From the IMG/VR virus record IMGVR_UViG_3300011189_000006, positions 1 to 64,000 of that record: 64,000 nt of DNA; one strand, written 5' to 3'. This DNA is from a virus. The position numbers were made by a program, and so were the translations under genes. Below the pieces are notes generated by a model. The model worked only from the letters and a program-made list of their open reading frames with translations. It searched no databases and was not told the DNA's origin. Below are positions 29,649-38,197 of this stretch, in pieces (position 1 is the first letter of the stretch; each line of letters opens with the position of its first letter).

Positions 29649-30365
29649 ATGAAGGCTGAAACCAAAAAAGAAATAGAGTCATTGAAAAAACAAGCGAGCA
29701 AGCTAAAAAAGGAAGTTGATTACTACAACGCCTTACAGCTTGCTCTTTGTTAACCCCCGCTAATTTATTTAGGGGGGGGTGGATGACTAAAATTAGTATT
29801 AAACGGAAGCTATGGTGCTTTTGCTGCTCCTTACTTTATCTTATATAATAACCACGTTGCTGGTACTATTACATCAGAAGGTAGGGAACTTACAAAAAAG
29901 ATGGACAAAGATAATGAGGACTATTGGTACAAACAATGGCACTTAGACTTTGAATTGCATAAAAAACTATACATTGATAATGTAACACAAATATCTGAAA
30001 AAGAACCAGTTAGTATATATGGTGATAGTGTAGATGGGAAGTCCATTATAAATACACTAGAGGGTAAATTTACGATAAAAGATCTTTATGATAAACAAAA
30101 TAAATTATCTATCAGAAAAGATAAAGAAGTTATACCTGTTAACTTTAAGTCATTAAATTGGACTGATGATGAAAAAATACATTATTCTAAGGTGAAGAAT
30201 ATAATTAGACACAAAACTTCTAAAAAGAAATGGAAAATAAAGAGTGGTGGTAAGGAAATCATTATAACAGAAGATCATTCCCTAATTGTTTTTAGAAATG
30301 GTGAAAAAATGGAAATAAAACCAAAGGAATTAAAAAGTGGTGATAGAGTTATAATACATAATTAA
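29649..30365 (+). CDS. Family B DNA polymerase fingers/palm fragment (gp43B-like) fused to N-half of a split intein; interrupted by a 42-nt in-frame insert
   Basis: ATG 29649 is in frame with ORF 29901. Reads ...QLAL[C*PPLIYLGGGG*L]KLVLNGSYG...ITSEGR...IYGD|SVDG. Confidence 0.75.
29746..29787 (+). other. 42-nt hairpin insertion with two in-frame stops in PolB motif B
   Basis: TTTGTTAACCCCCGCTAATTTATTTAGGGGGGGGTGGATGAC; removing it restores QLALKLVLNGSYG. Confidence 0.8.
30027..30362 (+). mobile_element. Split intein N-fragment (112 aa) at the PolB YGD/TDS site
   Basis: Starts SVDGKS after YGD; block B ITEDHSL; ends LKSGDRVIIHN*. Confidence 0.85.
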
Positions 30366-30394
30366 AAAGACTATAGACAGAATAGAACTAGCAT

Positions 30395-30532
30395 ATGAAA
30401 AAAGAAAATTATAAACTTTTAGAAATTGAAAGTGTAGAAGAAATTGGAAGCTTTGAGGATGAATACGTATATGATTTAGAAATGGAAGACGAATCACATA
30501 CCTTCATAGCAAATGATATATTAGTACATAAC
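30395..30532 (+). mobile_element. Split intein C-fragment (46 aa)
   Basis: YVYDLEM...HTFIANDILVHN followed by TDS of motif C. Confidence 0.85.
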
Positions 30533-31711
30533 ACAGATTCAATTTTTGTATCATTCAAACCATGTATGGATCACTGTGATTGGAAAAATAAAGTATTTAA
30601 CAAAGAGTATTTAAACTCTATTGATAAACCATTCATAGTATTATCAAGAACTAAACTAGATATAGACAATCCAAATTTAGTTGGGAAGATTATATCTAAT
30701 AATAACACGGAAGATGATATTGATAAATTTGAAGAACTTTTAAAAAAGCCACATGATTTAATTTTAATGGATGGGTTTTACTCTAATAACAGAGATATAG
30801 TAAAAATTGTTAAAGACATGAACTTTGGTGATAATCTAATCTGGAACTGGTCTAATGAAGTTGACTTTATCAACGGGATTGACCAAATAAGATTTGCTAA
30901 CTTCTTCAAACAAATGCTTGATGAACATGCTGATAGTTATGGTGTTGAGAATAAAGAAGATTTTGAATTAGAAAGAATATCAGAGTCTATTATCAATATA
31001 GCTAAGAAAAAGTATATCCAACACATATTATTCGAAGATGGAATTCCTTATGAAAGAATGGATTATATATTCCCAAAAGGTGTTGAATTAGTTAGATCAT
31101 CAACACCCGCATTTGCTAGAACTAAGATTGTTGATATTGTAAAGTATTTATTTTCTCACCCAGATACATTTAATATAAAGGATTTGTTAAGATTAGTTAA
31201 AGACCTTAGAAATGAGTTTGAATTAGCAGATATTGATGATATATCAATGCAATCTTCCGTTTCTAAATATGATGTTAAGGTTATAAACGATAAGTCGTTA
31301 CCACTTCAATTTGTAAGTGGTGCACATTTTGCAGTCAAGTCGGCAGCACATCACAACTATCTATTAAACGAGAACAAGTCACTACAAAATAAGTACGAGT
31401 TTATAAAATCTGGGACTAAAATAAAGTACTATGTTTGTAAGGATAAAAAGATAACAGGTATGTTTGCTTATATAAGAGGATCTTATCCTATCGAAATGGC
31501 ACCAGAGATTGACTATGATACACAATTTTCTAAGTCTATACTATCACCTATAAATTCTATTATAGAGCCACTAGGGATGCCAGAAATAACCAAAAGGTTA
31601 TCAGTGGTAATGGATATATTCTCTGGGTTTGGTATGTCACCAAATAAAAAGAAAAATGACGATGATGATTTGGGAGATATTCACGATGATGGCGATGATT
31701 TTCCATGGTAA
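30395..31711 (+). CDS. Family B DNA polymerase C-terminal part (palm/thumb) preceded by IntC
   Basis: HN|TDSIFV, FELERI, AKKKY and KGVELVRSSTP motifs. Confidence 0.9.
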   Translation: MKKENYKLLEIESVEEIGSFEDEYVYDLEMEDESHTFIANDILVHNTDSIFVSFKPCMDHCDWKNKVFNKEYLNSIDKPFIVLSRTKLDIDNPNLVGKIISNNNTEDDIDKFEELLKKPHDLILMDGFYSNNRDIVKIVKDMNFGDNLIWNWSNEVDFINGIDQIRFANFFKQMLDEHADSYGVENKEDFELERISESIINIAKKKYIQHILFEDGIPYERMDYIFPKGVELVRSSTPAFARTKIVDIVKYLFSHPDTFNIKDLLRLVKDLRNEFELADIDDISMQSSVSKYDVKVINDKSLPLQFVSGAHFAVKSAAHHNYLLNENKSLQNKYEFIKSGTKIKYYVCKDKKITGMFAYIRGSYPIEMAPEIDYDTQFSKSILSPINSIIEPLGMPEITKRLSVVMDIFSGFGMSPNKKKNDDDDLGDIHDDGDDFPW

Positions 31712-31718
31712 TTAAAAC

Positions 31719-31756
31719 AAAACTCTTACTATTTCATATAATAGTAAGAGTTTTTT
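31719..31756 (+). terminator. Intrinsic terminator after the polymerase
   Basis: AAAACTCTTACTATT / AATAGTAAGAGTTTT hairpin plus T-run. Confidence 0.65.
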
Positions 31757-31760
31757 AATT

Positions 31761-32081
31761 ATGCATATAAGGAAGGAAATAATACAAGGTGTTGAATATA
31801 ATTTCTATAATGATATAGATTATAAAACTGTCTTAAATCACTGTAACGAAGGCACAGATGGGTTTATGTATATTCTTATTAAAGATTTAGAAGAAGAAAG
31901 CAAAAAATTTGAAAGAAGTTCTAAAATAAATAATATATTAAATAATACACCAATACTTACAATTGATAATATAAATAACTCATACATATCATCTTACCTT
32001 TATGGGTCAGAAGACATTGATACATTTTTGAGTATAATAATAGATAAAATAAGAAGAGATTATAATAATACCAAGTACTAG
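31761..32081 (+). CDS. Hypothetical protein
   Basis: 106-aa ORF. Confidence 0.6.
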   Translation: MHIRKEIIQGVEYNFYNDIDYKTVLNHCNEGTDGFMYILIKDLEEESKKFERSSKINNILNNTPILTIDNINNSYISSYLYGSEDIDTFLSIIIDKIRRDYNNTKY

Positions 32082-32101
32082 GAGAGTAAACCATATATTT
32101 A

Positions 32102-33397
32102 GTGAACTACTTAACCGCTAAAGGCGGTTAAGTTTCAAGAGTCAACACTTCCTCTAATGAGGACAGTTCGTCATGATTTTCGGTGGCAGTCCCTGACACC
32201 GTATTATTTTTAATTAAAGCAAAGTTTTTAATGTTTATAGCTGCATTAATATCTCTATCATGTTGTGCGTTACACTCCTTACAAGACCACTCACGGTCTT
32301 TAAGCGTTAATTCGTGGTTTATGTCTCCACAACTAGAACAAGTCTTGCTAGAGGGATCGTATCTACCTATTTTAAGTAGATTAACACCATACCAATCACA
32401 TTTGTATTCTAGCATAGTGGTAAACATACCCCACCCAACATCTGAAATAGCCTTGGCTAGTTTTCTATCTTTCATCATGCCTTTAATATCTAAATCTTCT
32501 ATAGCTATAGATTGGTTCTCTTTAACTAGTCTAGAAGATTCCTTATGTAAAAAGTCTTTCCTTTGAAAAGCCGTTTTTTCATGTATTTTTGATAATTTCC
32601 TTTTAGTACGTACTCCTTTGTTTCTAGAGTATTTCCTTTGTGTATATTTTAACTTTGATTCATTATTTTTTAAATATCTAGGATTATTGACTTTATCTCC
32701 TTTTGAGAATACCATAAAATCTTTAATGCCTAAATCTATACCAATGGTCGTCTCAGCTTTTATGACTGGCTTAGGCTTTCTGCCTACACCAGTATCACAT
32801 GATATGCTTACATAATACTTACCAGTTGGTCTTCTAGATATAGTAGCGAACTTTATCGCTCCCTTTGCCGCTCTATGCAACTCAATTTTTATACCTTCTC
32901 TGAATTTAGGTATGGATAGTTTTCCATCATCAAAATATATATTTTGTGGTATATGGAACGATTGCTTACCACTCCATTTAGACTTAAATTTAGGATAGCC
33001 ACTTGTTTTTCTACGAAATCTTTTAAAAGCATTATCTAGGTTTTTAATTGGTGCTTGTAAGGTTTGGCTATTTATTTCTTTTAACCACTCAACATCTTTT
33101 TTAAGACCAGGTATTTGCTTTATTAGGTAGTAACAATCAAAAGGAGTTGTTTTATTTTCGTTAGAAGAATTGTTTACCTCCAACCCTATATTATATATGA
33201 ATCTAGCAGAACCAATATGTTTATTGATTAGTTCTACTTGTTCCTTATTTGGATATAATCTGTACTCAAATGCTCTTAACATAATGTATATATTAATAAA
33301 TATCCCTTCTCTATTACTATTCTAGATTTTATTTGTATATTTGCCTACGCCTTACATCACATCGGCTGAAGACCAATGTGTTTCACGACATGATTTT
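32102..33397 (-). mobile_element. IS200/IS605-family (tnpB-only, IS1341-like) element
   Basis: Right-end hairpin TTAACCGC-CTTTA-GCGGTTAA followed by GTAGTTCAC (minus strand); left-end hairpin CACATTGG/CCGATGTG at 33358-33380; left boundary approximate. Confidence 0.75.
32128..33282 (-). CDS. tnpB: RNA-guided endonuclease TnpB
   Basis: YRLYP HTH; RuvC GIDLG / IEDL / DRDINAA intact; CxxC...CxxC zinc finger. Confidence 0.92.
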   Translation of the reverse strand: MLRAFEYRLYPNKEQVELINKHIGSARFIYNIGLEVNNSSNENKTTPFDCYYLIKQIPGLKKDVEWLKEINSQTLQAPIKNLDNAFKRFRRKTSGYPKFKSKWSGKQSFHIPQNIYFDDGKLSIPKFREGIKIELHRAAKGAIKFATISRRPTGKYYVSISCDTGVGRKPKPVIKAETTIGIDLGIKDFMVFSKGDKVNNPRYLKNNESKLKYTQRKYSRNKGVRTKRKLSKIHEKTAFQRKDFLHKESSRLVKENQSIAIEDLDIKGMMKDRKLAKAISDVGWGMFTTMLEYKCDWYGVNLLKIGRYDPSSKTCSSCGDINHELTLKDREWSCKECNAQHDRDINAAINIKNFALIKNNTVSGTATENHDELSSLEEVLTLET

Positions 33398-33434
33398 ATA
33401 AATTAATATATAGTATATAAAAATAATGTAAAAT

Positions 33435-33935
33435 ATGAATGCCCTTATGAGATATGATGGTTATACATCAAGTGATAGAGTGGATGATTTACTAGATAAA
33501 ATATTAAGATATGGAATTGGTTCTATAACAGAACTTGAAATATCATTTTTAGACTCATATTCATGTAATGAAGAAGAATCCATACATAATATTATAATAA
33601 AAGAAGAATCTGAAAAGGTTTTTGAAGATGATGATAGTAACTTTAGGTTTGAGTATTCACATACTGAAATTCTTGATGAAGAGAGGCATTTTATAGGTAC
33701 TCTATATGTACCAGATATGATTTTAAATAAAAGACATAAAATAGAAGGTATATTAAGTGGTAAAATAATATTATTCCATAATGGTACTACATCACCAGAC
33801 TTTTATCATTTTATTGATAATAAAACACATTACGATGTATTTGAGTTCTGTTCTAGACTAGAATATGAATTAGATATGTTTATTGATTATGTAATAGGTG
33901 AGATAACTAATAATGATTTCGAATCAAAGGTTTAA
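33435..33935 (+). CDS. Hypothetical protein
   Basis: VDDLLDKI..YG..S.T..E..FL motif. Confidence 0.65.
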   Translation: MNALMRYDGYTSSDRVDDLLDKILRYGIGSITELEISFLDSYSCNEEESIHNIIIKEESEKVFEDDDSNFRFEYSHTEILDEERHFIGTLYVPDMILNKRHKIEGILSGKIILFHNGTTSPDFYHFIDNKTHYDVFEFCSRLEYELDMFIDYVIGEITNNDFESKV

Positions 33936-33945
33936 GGTTTAAATT

Positions 33946-34470
33946 TTAAAGATTTCTGGGTAAGTCAGCATCTGTATCTTCTGGCTCTATATTCTCATCA
34001 TCCTCTAAATCGCTATAAAAGTCTTCCTCCTCTAAATAATATTCATCAGATTTTCTTCTTTTTTCTTTCTGTATCTGATTAACATAATAACCAGCGATTA
34101 TAAATTCAGTACCAGCCCAAAGTAAAAACTCTGACATTGTCATAAATTTATAATGGTGTAATAAATATAATACCATACCAGTCTGTCCTATTATAAAACC
34201 AATTGATGATTCAAACCTTTTCTTAGAGAAAAATGATGGCTCATCAGAATATATTTTACAAAATTCTCTAATCACCCATTTCAAATTCATCCAACCAAAG
34301 AATCCGTATATAAATATGTTTCTATTTTTTTTAGTATCAGTACAATTGTCACTACATCTTCTTTTACTAGTACCTGTTTTTAAATTTACTTGAATAGTTT
34401 TATTGCCTCTTGATCTACTCTTTGACACATCTAGGTTAATTACGTATCTCTTTGATTTCTTGTTTTCCAT
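33946..34470 (-). CDS. Membrane protein
   Basis: SFFSKKR followed by two TM helices; acidic tail. Confidence 0.6.
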   Translation of the reverse strand: MENKKSKRYVINLDVSKSRSRGNKTIQVNLKTGTSKRRCSDNCTDTKKNRNIFIYGFFGWMNLKWVIREFCKIYSDEPSFFSKKRFESSIGFIIGQTGMVLYLLHHYKFMTMSEFLLWAGTEFIIAGYYVNQIQKEKRRKSDEYYLEEEDFYSDLEDDENIEPEDTDADLPRNL

Positions 34471-34633
34471 ACAGTATATATTATTTTATGAAAATAGATT
34501 ATTAATATATAAGCCATATTTGATTATGGGCTTAACGAAAACATTACAATCTTTGCTAAAAGAGCAAAACAAACACTTTATATCGGTTGATAATAAGTTT
34601 TTCAAAAGATGGAAATATATTATTATACTTATT

Positions 34634-34993
34634 ATGAAAATGAATCCAAATTATAAACATTGTGTTATATACAGAAAAAGGTATAAAAGACTAAATTACT
34701 TTGTGGTTGTTGGGTTAAAATATAGTGGTGAAAATGTTAAGAGGAGAACTTCGGGATTTGCTAAAAGATATATAAACCGACATAGAAATTATAGATGTAT
34801 ATATTGTGATGATAAGTTAAATTATGATAATGCTACTTCTGATCATATAATACCAATAAGTAGTGGTGGTAATAACACGAAGGTTAATTTAATTGTGTGT
34901 TGTAGATACTGTAACAACGAAAGGGGAAATACTCCATTTAGAGAATACTTAAGATATAAAAACAAAAACTATAGAAGTATAAAATTCATATAG
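34634..34993 (+). CDS. HNH endonuclease
   Basis: CIYC...DHIIP.S.GG.N...NL..CC..CN; start trimmed to ATG 34634. Confidence 0.8.
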   Translation: MKMNPNYKHCVIYRKRYKRLNYFVVVGLKYSGENVKRRTSGFAKRYINRHRNYRCIYCDDKLNYDNATSDHIIPISSGGNNTKVNLIVCCRYCNNERGNTPFREYLRYKNKNYRSIKFI

Positions 34994-34996
34994 TGT

Positions 34997-36193
34997 TTAT
35001 AAGTATTTTAAAGCCTCTATCTTCTTGGAATAATCAATATCGTTATAATTTGGCTTATATTTGTTTTTAGGAATCCATTTTAAGTCCATGACATCCTTGC
35101 TAAAGAAACCCTCTAGGTCAAGGCTTTTGTAAGCATTTGGTTTTACCTCACATAGTTTATTTAAGTCCTTAACTTTTGATATTTTATGTAACAATCTAAA
35201 TGGGTCTTCAACATTTTTTTTATCAACAATATCTTCAAATAACTTTTTCCATAAAAATACAGGATATCCTTCTATTATTTTTTCTTGTGATTTCTTAAAC
35301 CCTGCTAGGTCATTATCGAAAAAATATCTTAAATCTAAGTCATTAGTTTCTAAGAAGCGATAATCGGTGTTTATACCAACCATACCAAGACTATTAGGAA
35401 AAAATAAAGAATCTAAATATCCCTCAAATATAGTTAGTGGACTAGAAAAGTCTACATTTAATATATTAAAATAGTAAGATAGTTTATTATAGATAACCAT
35501 CTGATTTATATCTGGTTCTTCAACATTTTCTTTACCATGGTTGGTCCATTCTAAAAGGTTTTCATAATTGTATATTTTAAACATTCTTCTTTTCCCCATC
35601 TTCAAATTACGAATTTGCATACCAAGAACCTTATCATCTCTTTTGTTGAGCATTATTATAATCCATTGAGATTCATTTTCGTTTATCCAAAATTTACCTT
35701 GATAAATGTTAGTATGTGCAGAAGGTGGTATTCCTCTATCTACTAGATACTTATATATACCACTATTAGTAACAATTGGCTTAAAATCTGATATCGGTGT
35801 TATATTTTCATTGAATACTCTTTCAAGTTCTGATAAATCAATTAAGTCATCAAACTTAGCATCTACAAAATCATTACTATAATCAGTATATGTCATAACA
35901 CTATCTAGATATTCAATCATTTCTAATTTCTTATCAGGATCTATTTGTTCATTATGGTCTTTGGCAAACTTATCTAATGTAGTTTTTTTATCACAGTTAA
36001 AGCATACGTAAAAAAGTCTATTCAAATATAAGTTCCCTCTCTTAGCATTATTATTATTATGACTATCTCCACAGTAAGGGCATGCAAAATTGAATCTATC
36101 ATTATAATCAATGACTTTTCTTTTCTGTGTGTTAGAAAATTCTTTACTAACTACCTTCTGTATTATATTTTTTATGTAATCTTTATCCATCAT
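34997..36193 (-). CDS. DNA primase (T4 gp61-like)
   Basis: CPYCGD...CFNC zinc finger; TOPRIM EGYLD, FDND, KDLN. Confidence 0.85.
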   Translation of the reverse strand: MMDKDYIKNIIQKVVSKEFSNTQKRKVIDYNDRFNFACPYCGDSHNNNNAKRGNLYLNRLFYVCFNCDKKTTLDKFAKDHNEQIDPDKKLEMIEYLDSVMTYTDYSNDFVDAKFDDLIDLSELERVFNENITPISDFKPIVTNSGIYKYLVDRGIPPSAHTNIYQGKFWINENESQWIIIMLNKRDDKVLGMQIRNLKMGKRRMFKIYNYENLLEWTNHGKENVEEPDINQMVIYNKLSYYFNILNVDFSSPLTIFEGYLDSLFFPNSLGMVGINTDYRFLETNDLDLRYFFDNDLAGFKKSQEKIIEGYPVFLWKKLFEDIVDKKNVEDPFRLLHKISKVKDLNKLCEVKPNAYKSLDLEGFFSKDVMDLKWIPKNKYKPNYNDIDYSKKIEALKYL

Positions 36194-36265
36194 TATATAT
36201 ATAGTTTTAATGTAACTAAGTTCACTATATGATTGACATTTAACTATAATTTGGTATAATGTTGA

Positions 36266-37387
36266 TTAGTTTCCCTCTTTCTTAGAATTTTTATTCTTAT
36301 CTATGCTTTTTCGAGATTTCTTTCCTTTAAATTCCTTATTAAGTTCTCTTCTTTTATCAACTAGTTCTTTAGATAACTTAGCTAAATATTCTGTTTGTTG
36401 GTTATGTTGATTAGCAAAGTCGTCTTGTCTATTATCTGGTCCTTGTGGATAAAGCCTACTAGTCATGTTTCCAAATTGTGTAAGTGATAGTACTGAACTT
36501 TCTTTACCAGGTGTTGATATTTCTTCATCAAACTTTTTAATGGTCTTAGTAACATTGTCAGGATTTTTAGTTCTCTTAACAACATACTTTATAATATTGG
36601 GAAACTTTTCTTTGGTTATGTTAGCTATTAAATCTTCTATGTGTTTGGCATTTTTTAAATCATCATCAGAAAATCCTAATATAGCCTTTATACCAACTCT
36701 ATCAGAAAATGCATTTATCCTATTCTTAAACTCTAGAAGTGCTTCTCCTTTAAGTACTTCTGTATTGGTGGTTATACCACCCCTAGAAGGTGATGAAACA
36801 CCAATAAACTCACAATTCTTTAAATATTTTTTAACTAATTCGTTTTCCGTAGGTATTCCCACTAAAACTCTCTCATATTCTTTTTCATAATTGAACAAAT
36901 ATGCAAATTTTAGTAAGTTATTGTACATTAGGTACAACTCTTCCTCTGTTAGTATATTGTCTATAATCCAAGAAACACCCTTAATTATGGATTCTCTTTC
37001 ATGTCCTCTTGCAGTAATTATAGAAAAAATTGAACCATTTGTCAAACACTCTTTAAAGTCTTGCCAAGATGGTCCATAATTTTCTTTACTAATAGCTTCC
37101 TTCACATCTAATAAAAAAGCATTATCTTCCCTGAGTCCATCGTCTCTGAATTCAGAAAAGGCTTTCTCTGGATTGTTATTAGACAATCGCCATTTATCAG
37201 AAGCATCTCTAACATTTGCATAAAAAGATGTAGAAATGCTTTTTTCAACCCATTTACCATCAACCAACTCTTCCATATGTATCGGTGTTGACATATCTAA
37301 TACGTTATCATCCCAATCGAAACTATAATATAGGAGGTATTTATCCGAACTAGATTCGGATATGTATTGGTTAAAGCTTTTGAGCAT
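36266..37387 (-). CDS. HAD-like hypothetical protein
   Basis: FDWDDN, IITARGH and GFSDDD motifs. Confidence 0.55.
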   Translation of the reverse strand: MLKSFNQYISESSSDKYLLYYSFDWDDNVLDMSTPIHMEELVDGKWVEKSISTSFYANVRDASDKWRLSNNNPEKAFSEFRDDGLREDNAFLLDVKEAISKENYGPSWQDFKECLTNGSIFSIITARGHERESIIKGVSWIIDNILTEEELYLMYNNLLKFAYLFNYEKEYERVLVGIPTENELVKKYLKNCEFIGVSSPSRGGITTNTEVLKGEALLEFKNRINAFSDRVGIKAILGFSDDDLKNAKHIEDLIANITKEKFPNIIKYVVKRTKNPDNVTKTIKKFDEEISTPGKESSVLSLTQFGNMTSRLYPQGPDNRQDDFANQHNQQTEYLAKLSKELVDKRRELNKEFKGKKSRKSIDKNKNSKKEGN

Positions 37388-37392
37388 TGGTA

Positions 37393-37701
37393 TTATTTTT
37401 TCCTTTTTGAAAAAGAGTCAAAAGATTCTAATGCAGGAAGCTCTTGTGCTTCATCATCATCTTCATCATCATCTCCTTGAGCCTGTCCTTCTTCATCGAA
37501 GTCATCCTCTTTTTCAAAGTCATCAAAGCCTTGAACATCATCACCTTCTTCTTGTGATTGTCCTTCTTCTTGATCACCTTCTGTCAATTCAATAGTAAAT
37601 TCTTCTACTACTTCATCGTCTTTTTCTGCCTTTACCTCAATAAATCCGTCTTTTTCACAAACTTCGATACAGTAATCGCCTATTTCAATTTTAGTTTTCA
37701 T
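37393..37701 (-). CDS. Acidic hypothetical protein
   Basis: 102-aa ORF after the TAATATATA motif. Confidence 0.6.
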   Translation of the reverse strand: MKTKIEIGDYCIEVCEKDGFIEVKAEKDDEVVEEFTIELTEGDQEEGQSQEEGDDVQGFDDFEKEDDFDEEGQAQGDDDEDDDEAQELPALESFDSFSKRKK

Positions 37702-37810
37702 ATAATTAATTATTTTTTATTATATATTAAAAATCTACATCCCTTTTATATAATAAAAATCCACTTGTTTTTAACATAAACAAGTGGATCTGGTATATTT
37801 GTTCCTTTAC

Positions 37811-38104
37811 CTATTTCTTAGTTTTTTTAGTAGGTGCTTTTTTAGTAGGTGTCTTCTTAGTTGATACTTTTTTAACATCTTTCTTAACATCTTTCTTAAC
37901 ATCTTTCTTAGGGACTTTCTTCTTATTAGGTTTTTTCTTTTTAAAATCACCATCTTTTAAAGTCTTTTTCTTTACTTTTTCAACTTTTTGTAAAGGCTTA
38001 CTAGGATTTTTCACAATAGGTTGTGCCACTCCAATGCTTGGTTCTTTTTTATCTGTTTTAATACCAAATAATTTCTTGAAAAATTTAATAATTGCTTTTA
38101 TCAT
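37811..38104 (-). CDS. Lys-rich (histone H1-like) small protein
   Basis: KKDV and KKxPT repeats. Confidence 0.55.
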   Translation of the reverse strand: MIKAIIKFFKKLFGIKTDKKEPSIGVAQPIVKNPSKPLQKVEKVKKKTLKDGDFKKKKPNKKKVPKKDVKKDVKKDVKKVSTKKTPTKKAPTKKTKK

Positions 38105-38197
38105 TTTTAGTTTATTTTTTCAGTATATATTATAGAATACAAATCCCTTTTTGTTAAAAATAGTAAACAAACCACCTAATTTAATATATAACATTAT

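Noticed and set aside
29751-29786. Stop-codon reassignment as the explanation for the pol interruption
   Set aside because: Both TAA and TGA occur in the insert, all three stops end normal genes here, and read-through would add 14 residues inside motif B
29783-29848. ATG after the G-run as a restart for the polymerase
   Set aside because: Out of frame; gives only a 21-aa peptide
30351-30365. IIHN at the end of the IntN ORF as a complete mini-intein terminus
   Set aside because: It is followed by a stop rather than S/T/C, and block F (VYDL) and the true HN|T are in the next ORF
34403-34633. N-terminal extensions of track ORFs (HNH here; also the clamp-like 27619 and gp53-like 46047 starts)
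   Set aside because: Non-ATG starts that overlap neighbours or intergenic DNA; downstream ATGs fit better
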